A DNA stretch of 64,000 bases from Candidatus Eiseniibacteriota bacterium. GTDB taxonomy: Bacteria > Eisenbacteria > RBG-16-71-46. A program made the translations under genes and the position numbers. The notes below the pieces were generated by a model. It made no database searches. It was not told the DNA's origin and saw nothing but the letters and a program-made list of their open reading frames with translations. The DNA lies in the NCBI GenBank assembly GCA_963776245.1, contig CAVZLN010000008.1:352001-416000 (forward strand), read 5' to 3'. Positions 33,876 to 43,186 of this stretch are shown here, piece by piece (position 1 is the first letter of the stretch; each line of letters starts with the position of its first letter).

Positions 33876-34996
33876 GACAGCTCCACCCGGCTCGAGTCGC
33901 CGAGCATCAGCCGGTGCGCGCGCGGCCGCGCGTCGCTGGCGAGCACCACCGCCTCACGGCCGATCAGGCTCGACTCGATGCGCTGGGGGATGCCGACGAT
34001 GCGGCTGCGCTCGAGCACGATCGAGTGCTCGATCTCGCAGTGGTCGAGCTCGACGCCGTCGGCGATGGCGGTGAACGGCCCGACGTAGGCGTCGCGGATC
34101 ACCGCGTTCGCGCCGATCGCCAGCGGCCCGCGCAGGCGCGAGCGTTCCACCACCGTGCCCGGACCGATGCGCACCAGGCCCTCGACCAGCGTCGCCGCGT
34201 CCACCGTGCCGACGATCGCCGGCTCGAGGGCGCCGAGCATCATGCGGTTGCCCTCGAGCATGTCCTCGACCTTGCCGGTGTCCTTCCACCAGCCGTGGAT
34301 GACGTGCGAGCGCACCCGCTTGCCGGCGGAGATCAGGTGCTGGATGGCGTCGGTGATCTCCAGCTCCCCGCGCGCGGAGGGCTTGATCGCGTCCACCGCG
34401 TCGAAGATGCATTGGCTGAACAGGTACACGCCCACCAGCGCGAGGTCGCTCTTGGGCCGCTTCGGCTTCTCCTCGAGCTTCACCACCCGGTCGCCGTCGA
34501 GCTCGGCGACGCCGAACTCCCACGGCGTCTTCACGTGGGCGAGCAGGATCTGCGCGTCGGGCCGCTCGGCCTCGAACTCGCGCACGAAGGGGGTCACGCC
34601 GTCCTTGATGAGGTTGTCGCCCAGGTACATGACGAATGGCTCGCCCGCCATGTAGTCGCGCGCGATGCGGACCGCGTGCGCGAGCCCGAGCGGCGCCTAC
34701 TGCTCGATGTAGGTGACCGCGAGGCCGAAGCGCGAGCCGTCGCCGACCGCGGCGCGGATCTCGGCCTGCGAGTTCACCATCACCGTCTGCATCTCCCCGG
34801 TGCGGTGGTCGGGACGCAGCATCTCGGTCGGGTCGCTGACGATGATGCCCACCTCGCGGATGCCCGCGGCGGCCAGCGCCTCGAGGCCGTAGAACAGCAC
34901 CGGCTTGTTCGCCACCGGGACGAGCTGCTTGGCGCTGGTGTGCGTGATGGGCCGCAGCCGCGTGCCGCGGCCGCCGGCGAGGACGAGTGCCTTCAT
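33872..34996 (-). CDS. rfbA: Glucose-1-phosphate thymidylyltransferase (long form) with an in-frame TAG at 34697-34699
   Basis: LAGGRGTRLRPITHTSAKQLVPVANKP, YIEQ*APLGLAHAV, EEKP, PSARGELEITDA, WWKDTG, C-terminal LbH region. Confidence 0.9.
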
Positions 34997-35016
34997 GTCG
35001 ATCTCATGGGTTCGGG

Positions 35017-37725
35017 TCAGGCGCCGAGCGCCGTCTGCAGCAGGCGGCGCGCCTCATCGAGGGCGGCCTCCATCTTCTCCGGTTCCTTCGCGCCCGCGAG
35101 CGCCAGGTGCGGCTTGCCGCCCCCCGCGCCGCCGGCCAGCTTCGCGACCTGCTTGACGAGATCGGACGCGTTCAGCGTCTTGCTCGCGACCAGGTCGTCG
35201 GTGACCGCGGCGACGAACGTGAGCTTGCCGCCCGCCCGCAATCCCATCACCACCGCTCCGCTCCCGAGGACTCCGCGCATCCGGTCGGCCGCGTCGCGCA
35301 CCGCGTTGGCGTCGGCGTCGGAGTCGATGGCCGCGACCGCCCAGCGCCCGCGCGGCCCCGCGACCGCGGAGCGCGCGATGCGCTCCATCTCGGCCTCGAG
35401 CCCGCCCCGCCGGGCGTCGGAGGCCGCCTTGCGGAGCGCGGCCAACTCGCCGCGGAGCCGCTCGATCTGCTCGGGCAGCGCGGCCGGCGTGACCTGCAGG
35501 GCGGCCGCGGCCCGTGCCAGCGTCTCGTGCTCCTCGCGCGCCCAGCGCAGAGTCTCGGCCCCGCACAGCGCCTCGATGCGCCGCACCCCCGCGGCGATGG
35601 CGCCCTCGGAGACCACCACGAACGCGCCGATGTCGCCGGTGCGCTCGACGTGCGTGCCGCCGCACAGCTCGCGGCTCGGCGCGATGCTGTCGTCCTCCAC
35701 CCCGTCCACCGTGACCATGCGCACCTCGGCGCCGTACTTCTCGCCGAACAGCGCCATCGCGCCCTGCGCCCGTGCCGCGGCGATGGGCATCACCTGCCAC
35801 GTCACCGGGCGGTTGCGCAGCACCCACTCGTTCACGATCGCCTCGACCGCCGCCAGCTGCTCGCGCGTGGGCGCCTCGAAGTGGTGGTAGTCGAAGCGCA
35901 GCCGGTCGGGCGCCACCAGCGAGCCCGCCTGGCGCACGTGCTCGCCCAGCGTGCGGCGCAGCGCCGCGTGCAGCAGGTGGGTGGCGGTGTGGTGGCGCAG
36001 CGTCGGGCGCCGGTGCGCCGGATCGACCGTGGCGCGCAACTGGCCCGCGGCGCCCGCGGCGAGGAGCGCTTCGGGCGCGCCGCTCGCGAGCCGCACGCGG
36101 TGGACGATGGCGTCGTGCTCCTTGTACACGTGCGCCAGCGTGGCGCGCGCGCCGCCGCCCTCGAGCGTGCCGCGGTCGGCGACCTGTCCGCCCGATTCGG
36201 CGTAGCACGGCGTGCGGTCGAGCACCAGCTCGAGATCCTCGCCGGACCGGCGCCAGCGCCGCAGGCGCAGGCCCTCGGCCGCGAGCGTGACGTAGCCGAG
36301 GAACTCCGAGTCGGGGCCCTCGCTCACCTCCGTCCACGCCGCGGCGTCCTCGCCCGGCCCGCGGGCGAACTTGCTCGCGGCGCGCGCGCGGTCGCGCTGT
36401 TCGTCCATCGCGCGCTCGAAGCCCTCGCGATCGACCGCGCCGCCGGCCTCGTGCGCGATCTCCTCGGTGAGCTCGATCGGGAAACCGTAGGTGTCGTGGA
36501 GCGCGAACGCGTCCTCGCCCTTCACTCGCTTGGACTCGGCGAGCAGCTTCTCGAGCCGCGCGAGGACCGGCTTCGAAGGTCTGGACGAAACCGGACTCCT
36601 CCTGCTCGATGACCCGCAGCACCGTGTCGCGGCGCTGCCCGAGTTCCGGGTAATGCCCGCTGAACAGCCGGATGACCTGCTCCGCGCAGCCCGCGAGGAA
36701 CGCCTCGCGGAGCCCCAGGCTCGCGCGCGAGCGCCCGCGCGTGACCGAGCGCCGCAGCAGCCGGCGCAGCACGTAGCCGGCGCCCTCGTTCCCCGGCAGC
36801 GCGCCTTCGGCGATCGCGAAGGTCAGCGCACGCACGTGGTCGGCCACGATGCGCGCGTCGCGGGTGGCCGCCTTGAGGTGCGCCGCGTCGGGGCGCGAGA
36901 GGTCGAGCACGTGCTCCACCAGGGCGCGAACAGGTCGGTCTCGAAGATCGTGTTCTTGCCTTGCAGGATGAGCGCGAGCCGCTCGAGCCCCATGCCGGTG
37001 TCGATGCCGGGTCGCGCGAGCGGCTGCAGGGTGCCGTCGGGCTGGGCGTCGAACTGCGGGAACACCAGGTTCCAGAACTCCATGTAGCGATCGCCATCGT
37101 CCCCGGGCGCCTCGCCCCAGAACGCGCCGTCCGCGAGGTAGGCGGGGCGCTGCTCGCCGAGGTCGAAGTAGATCTCGCTGCACGGTCCGCACGCGCCGCG
37201 GCCGCCCGCGGGGCCCCAGAAGTTGTCCTTGCGGCCGAGGAACACGACGTGGCTCTCGGGCAGGCCGATCTTCTTCCACAGCGCCACCGCTTCGTCGTCG
37301 CGCGGCAGGTTCCCCTCGCCCGCGAACACCGAGGCGTACAGGCGGTCCTTCGGAAGTCCGAGCGTCGCGGTCACGAACTCCCACGCGAACGCGATGGCCT
37401 CGTCCTTGAAGTAGGCGCCCTTCGAGCGCGGCCCGAACGAGAAGTTGCCGAGCATCTCGAAGAACGTGTCGTGGCGCGGCGTCAGGCCGACGTTGTCGAG
37501 GTCGGTCAGCCGCAGGCTCTTCTGCACCGAGGTGGCGCGGGTGTAGGGCACCTCGCCGGGGGTGGTGTAGTAGGGCTTGAACTGCACCATGCCGGCGGTG
37601 GTGAACAGGAGCGTCGGGTCGTTCGGGACCAGCGGGGACGAGGGCACCTCGACGTGCCCGTGCCGGACGAAGAAGTCGAGGAATGCGCGACGCAGGTCGG
37701 TCGCGGCGCGAAGGGTCGAGGTCAT
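35017..37725 (-). CDS. alaS: Alanine--tRNA ligase, two apparent indels (~36570, ~36925)
   Basis: [79 protein letters not shown]. Confidence 0.95.
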
Positions 37726-37809
37726 CCGGTCTCCGAAGTCCGATACGCGTCGTCCCCGGGCGCGGCAAGGCGGTCCGCCGGGGTGGTCATGCGGGGCTTG
37801 GACCGTGGC

Positions 37810-37838
37810 AAGATAGAGGATGCGGCGAAGCGGCTCAA
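37810..37838 (-). promoter_or_regulatory. Putative sigma70 promoter for alaS
   Basis: TTGAGC-17 nt-TATCTT. Confidence 0.45.
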
Positions 37839-37896
37839 TGCGCGGGAGCCGCCCCCGCCCGATGGAAGCGCCCCGGGCGCGACGATCCCGGGAGCC

Positions 37897-38442
37897 TCAG
37901 CCCGCGTCCAGCGCGTCCATCTGCCGGGAGACCTCGTCGAGCTCCTCGGGCTCGAGCAGCTCGCGCGTCATCGGGAAGAGGATCTGCTCCTCCTTGCCGA
38001 AGTGTTCGTCCAGCAGGCGCACGATCTCGGCGCCGCTGGCGAGCAGGGCCGCCGCGTCGTCACCGGCGGAGGCGAGTCGCTTCAGGCGCTCCCCGCCCGC
38101 CACGATGGCCGGGTGCTCGACCTCGTTGAGCTGGCGCAGCGTGGCGCGGAACAGCTCGGCCTGCGCGTGGATGGCCCGGTGCTCCGCACGCATGACCACG
38201 GTAGGGCCCTCGCTGTCGCCGAGGACGCGTTCGAGCGCGGGGAACAGGGCCTCGTCCTCGCGCCGCGCGTGCGCCAGCAGCTCGGTCTCGATCACGCGGG
38301 CGGTGCCGCGCAGCGCCGGCAACGCCTCGGCGAGCGCGGCCGGACCGCGCTGCTCCAGCGCGCGCACCGCCACCCGCAGGTCGCCGACCTGGCGCATGAT
38401 GCCCTGGTGCTCCCACAGGAGGCGTTCGACGGGGTCGCGCAT
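37897..38442 (-). CDS. Hemerythrin/HHE cation-binding domain protein
   Basis: EH..I, HARREDEALFP, MRAEHRAI, HFGKEEQILFP. Confidence 0.88.
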   Translation of the reverse strand: MRDPVERLLWEHQGIMRQVGDLRVAVRALEQRGPAALAEALPALRGTARVIETELLAHARREDEALFPALERVLGDSEGPTVVMRAEHRAIHAQAELFRATLRQLNEVEHPAIVAGGERLKRLASAGDDAAALLASGAEIVRLLDEHFGKEEQILFPMTRELLEPEELDEVSRQMDALDAG

Positions 38443-38447
38443 GGGGA

Positions 38448-40793
38448 TCACCGTACACGCACGACCCGCCCGGCCCAAGTCCTCCCGCCCGCCTGCGCGC
38501 GCACCAGGTAGAGCCCGGCGGGGACCGTCGAGCGACGTTCGTCGCGACCGTCCCACCGGAACTCCCGCGACCCCGCGCCCGCGGGTGCCGCGGTGGCGCG
38601 CCACACCCGCCGCCCGCCCACATCGAAGACCTCGACCGTGACCGCGGACGACATCGGTAGCGCGAGCCGGATCGAGACCGTCTCCGCGAACGGATTGGGC
38701 TCGATCCGCAGACCAGCGGGCACGGGCGGCGGCGCGGCGCGCGGGACGTCGACGAGGCCTTCGCCCATCTGGAGCGCGGCGAAGTGGTTGTTGGAGTTCT
38801 CGTAGTTCGTGTGGCCGCCGAACACCAGGGCGCGCTTCCGGATCGGGTCGTAGGCCGCCGTGCTGGCCCATTGCGGCGCCGCGAACGGCTCGCGCGGATG
38901 CAGAGCCCGCCACCCGCCACCCGGGTTCGAGAGGTCGAGCATGGATGTCGCCTGCGAGGACTCGCCGAACGCCACGAGCCGGTCGTGTGAGACATCGTAG
39001 ACGAGCGATGCCGGCGGCGGCGATAGCGGCCCTCCGGTGGACACCCGGCTCCACGACGGCGATCCATCCAGCGCGAGCGCCCAGGTGTCCGCCGGAAGGT
39101 TGCCCCCCGCGATGATCATCCGCCGCCGGACGGGGTCGTAAACGGCGCCATGCCCCTGGCGACCACCCGGAATCGCGTTGGCCACCGCGAGCGACTCCCA
39201 TGCCGGCGCCGGCGAGAGATGCAGCACCCAGGTCGCATTGGTGGCGCCCGCCGCCGTCCGGCCCCCGAAGTAGATCACCCGATCCGCCACCGGATCGTAG
39301 ATCCCGGAATGCCCGCTCCGAGCGCTGGGCGGGGTGCCGGACACAGCCGGTGTCGTCCATGTCGGCGTTCCGCTCCCGAATTCGAGGGCATGCAGATCGC
39401 CCAGCAGAGTCCCGGGGACGGTGTGTCCGTCGTTGTCCTCGCCGCCGAACACGAGCAATCGGTCCCGGAGGGTGTCCATGACAGCCGTGGTTCGATCCCG
39501 CCCGAGGAGGCTGGGGTACATGCGCGCCAACTCCTGCCAGCCGGCGAGCGACCACGCCCAGACGTCGTCGCGGGATGTGCCGCCACTCCACGGATTCGGC
39601 GGCAGCATCTGGATACCGCCGCAGAGGATGAAGCGGTCGCGGGAGGCGTCGTAGGCCGAAGCCGCGAAGGCACGCCCGATCGGGGGCTGGTCGGTGCCGA
39701 CGAGCTCCTGCCACCCCGACGGTGGGTCGAGTGACCTGGTGGCGACGAAGGACTCCACCACACCGTCAGCCCGCCCCCCCTGCGTGATCAGACGCCGGCG
39801 GCGAGAGTCGAAGACGGCGGCATGCCCCCAGACTCCCAGGCCCCATTCGATGTGAAGCCCCGACGAGTCGGCCAGCGACATCCAAAGATCGGTGCTGAGT
39901 GTGTTCGAATGGGAGTACTCCTGCCCACATCCGCCGGTGACGACCATCCGATCCCCGACCGGGTCGTAGATGGCGCCCGCCATAGACCGCGGGCCGTCGG
40001 GGTGGTTCGACAACGGCAGCAGTCGCTTCCATCCGGTACCCCCGCTCAGAGCGAACGCCCAGGCGTCGTCCCGGTAGGGGCCATAATACAAATCCATTCC
40101 GCCGAAGATCACGACTCGGTCGCGCGGCGGATCGTAGATGACGCACGCTCCGGCGCGCTCTCCTGCGGCCGGATGCCAACCGCTCAGCGTCGACCAGCAG
40201 GCCGTTCCTTGGAGCGGCAGCGCCTTCAGCCTCACCCCGTCGTAGACCACCAGTCGGTCGCGGACTGGATCGTACAGGCCGGCTATCGTCTGGTCCGGGA
40301 AGTCGGTCTCGAAGACCGGCGGCGGGCAGGTGCTGGAGAGGGTCGAGATGCGCGACCAGGACATCGGCGCGGAGAGTGAGAGCGCCCAGACCACGCTGTC
40401 CTCGGGAAACCCGTACAGCAACATGCGGTCGCGCAGCGGATCGATCACCGCGAATCCACGCTCGAATGCGGTAGGTCCCTGACCCGAGGTCTGCTGCTTC
40501 ACCCAGAGCGGGGCAGCGCCGCTGAACTCCAGCGCCCAGACGGTCTGCGCGCCGCCACCGAAAATGAGCATCCGATCCCGTAGCGAGTCGTACACCGCGG
40601 CTTGCTGGAAGCGCGGCAGCGGTGGGATCTCCTGCCACCAGCCGTCCTCGCCCATGACGGGTGGCGTGGTGGCAGCCTGAGTGGACGGTGCCCAGGGCCA
40701 TGGGGACCGTTGGGCGGCGGCACAGGGCGCCCCGGACGCGGACATCGCGATCAGGGCGAGCACGACCAGGACGGCCGAGGAGCCCGCGCGCAT
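38448..40793 (-). CDS. Secreted Kelch-like beta-propeller protein (~12 repeats) with C-terminal FlgD-Ig/T9SS-like domain
   Basis: Signal peptide; repeats YDxxRDRhhhFGG; tail PNPF...VFDVGGRRV...WDGRD...PAGLYLVR. Confidence 0.85.
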   Translation of the reverse strand: MRAGSSAVLVVLALIAMSASGAPCAAAQRSPWPWAPSTQAATTPPVMGEDGWWQEIPPLPRFQQAAVYDSLRDRMLIFGGGAQTVWALEFSGAAPLWVKQQTSGQGPTAFERGFAVIDPLRDRMLLYGFPEDSVVWALSLSAPMSWSRISTLSSTCPPPVFETDFPDQTIAGLYDPVRDRLVVYDGVRLKALPLQGTACWSTLSGWHPAAGERAGACVIYDPPRDRVVIFGGMDLYYGPYRDDAWAFALSGGTGWKRLLPLSNHPDGPRSMAGAIYDPVGDRMVVTGGCGQEYSHSNTLSTDLWMSLADSSGLHIEWGLGVWGHAAVFDSRRRRLITQGGRADGVVESFVATRSLDPPSGWQELVGTDQPPIGRAFAASAYDASRDRFILCGGIQMLPPNPWSGGTSRDDVWAWSLAGWQELARMYPSLLGRDRTTAVMDTLRDRLLVFGGEDNDGHTVPGTLLGDLHALEFGSGTPTWTTPAVSGTPPSARSGHSGIYDPVADRVIYFGGRTAAGATNATWVLHLSPAPAWESLAVANAIPGGRQGHGAVYDPVRRRMIIAGGNLPADTWALALDGSPSWSRVSTGGPLSPPPASLVYDVSHDRLVAFGESSQATSMLDLSNPGGGWRALHPREPFAAPQWASTAAYDPIRKRALVFGGHTNYENSNNHFAALQMGEGLVDVPRAAPPPVPAGLRIEPNPFAETVSIRLALPMSSAVTVEVFDVGGRRVWRATAAPAGAGSREFRWDGRDERRSTVPAGLYLVRAQAGGRTWAGRVVRVR

Positions 40794-40843
40794 CGCGGTT
40801 CCTCCCAAGGGGGATGGTCCAGCGGGGGGTCTCGAATGGGATT

Positions 40844-41377
40844 CTACTCCTCGCCCGGCTCCTCGTCTGCGATCACCAGCGCGCGCCGGATGATATCCCC
40901 ATCGAAGCCCCGCCGCGCGAGCAGGGCGTAGAGGCGCTGGCGGCGGGTGCGCTCGTCGAGCTTCGCGTAGCGCCGCGCCGCCTGCTCGAGCGCCTTGCGC
41001 GCGGCGTCCAGCTCGCCCGTGGCGCCCTCACGCTCCTCGAGCCGCGCGCGCGCGATGGCGATGTCGTCGGCACCGATGCCCTTGGCGCGTAATTCGTTCT
41101 CGAGCCGGCGCCAGCCCGACATCCGCCGGTGCAGCCGCCCGGCGAGCCAGGCGCGCGCGAACTCGGCGTCATCCACCAGGCCCACTCCGGTGAGACGGTC
41201 GAGCACCTCGGCCACCGTGGCGGCGGCGTAGCCCTTCTCGCGCAGCCGCCGCGCCAGATCGGCGCGGGTGCGGCGCAGGCGCTCGAGCAGGCGCAACGCC
41301 TCCTCGCGGCAGGCAGTGGGGTCGGTGAGCGGCTCGGCCCCGGGATCGCGCCGCGTCGGCCGGCGCGTGGCGGTCAT
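40844..41377 (-). CDS. recX: Regulatory protein RecX
   Basis: [45 protein letters not shown]; downstream of recA. Confidence 0.9.
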   Translation of the reverse strand: MTATRRPTRRDPGAEPLTDPTACREEALRLLERLRRTRADLARRLREKGYAAATVAEVLDRLTGVGLVDDAEFARAWLAGRLHRRMSGWRRLENELRAKGIGADDIAIARARLEEREGATGELDAARKALEQAARRYAKLDERTRRQRLYALLARRGFDGDIIRRALVIADEEPGEE

Positions 41378-41778
41378 CGTTGGAGCCCGCACGCGGCGAA
41401 GAACCCGCGCAGACCCTCGACCTCGCCGGGCAGGTCGTGGTGGACGATGCGCACCACCTTCCCCGCCGGGCCGACGGTGAACACCTGCCGGCACTGGTGG
41501 CGGTGGGCGCGGCCAGCATGGGCGAGGTGATCGATGAACGTCACCGCGATCTCGTCGTCCGAGAGCGGTTCGACCTCGCTCTCGTAGCGCACCTCGTCGA
41601 GGTGACGTCTTCCCCATTCGGTGGCCTCGCGGTACGACGCCACGATCGCCTGGGGACCGCGCAGCGTCGCGCGACCGGTCAGGTACTCGCAGTCGGCGGC
41701 GAGCAGGCCGAGCACACGATCGAAGTCGTCGAGGTCGAGCGCCTCGGCGAGCGCGCGGACGACCTCGGCGCTTCGCAT
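41374..41778 (-). CDS. NTF2/SnoaL-like fold protein
   Basis: [31 protein letters not shown]; 134 aa; between recA and recX. Confidence 0.75.
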   Translation of the reverse strand: MRSAEVVRALAEALDLDDFDRVLGLLAADCEYLTGRATLRGPQAIVASYREATEWGRRHLDEVRYESEVEPLSDDEIAVTFIDHLAHAGRAHRHQCRQVFTVGPAGKVVRIVHHDLPGEVEGLRGFFAACGLQR

Positions 41779-41780
41779 GG

Positions 41781-42926
<1,146 letters not shown>

Positions 42927-43041
42927 GGTCTGCGTCTCCTTGCAGGGGCTGCGGGTCCTTCACGGGGTGCCGTCGGAGGGGGCTGCCTCGGGAAACTAGC
43001 AAAGTCGTGCCCGCTCTCCGACGGCGACATGCTCGGAGGGC

Positions 43042-43070
43042 ATGCTACACATATGGGCAGTACAGGGCAA
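43042..43070 (-). promoter_or_regulatory. recA promoter with an overlapping imperfect palindrome (candidate LexA box)
   Basis: TTGCCC-17 nt-TAGCAT; CTGCCCATATGTGTAG at 43045-43060 is 12/16 self-complementary. Confidence 0.6.
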
Positions 43071-43092
43071 GGGGAACTTCGGGCGGCAGCGA

Positions 43093-43127
43093 GAGGGGCG
43101 CGCCCAGATCTCGAGGGCGCGCCCCTC
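43093..43127. terminator. Perfect 13-bp hairpin downstream of the secreted-protein gene
   Basis: GAGGGGCGCGCCC-agatctcga-GGGCGCGCCCCTC; no strong U tract. Confidence 0.5.
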
Positions 43128-43186
43128 ATGTGCCTCAACCGGCGGCCGGCGCGCGCGTTCCGCGCCTCACGCGCCGCGCGGGACGC

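Noticed and set aside
26497..37725. Many frameshifts in ssb, pth, rplY, prs, spoVG, ispE, UbiA, gmhA, rfbD and alaS, suggesting pseudogenes or programmed frameshifting
   Set aside because: They hit essential genes, cluster regionally, leave motifs intact and show no shared slippery site; best explained by sequencing or assembly indels
37726..37896. Possible T-box leader for alaS
   Set aside because: No T-box consensus or terminator, and the leader after the putative promoter is too short
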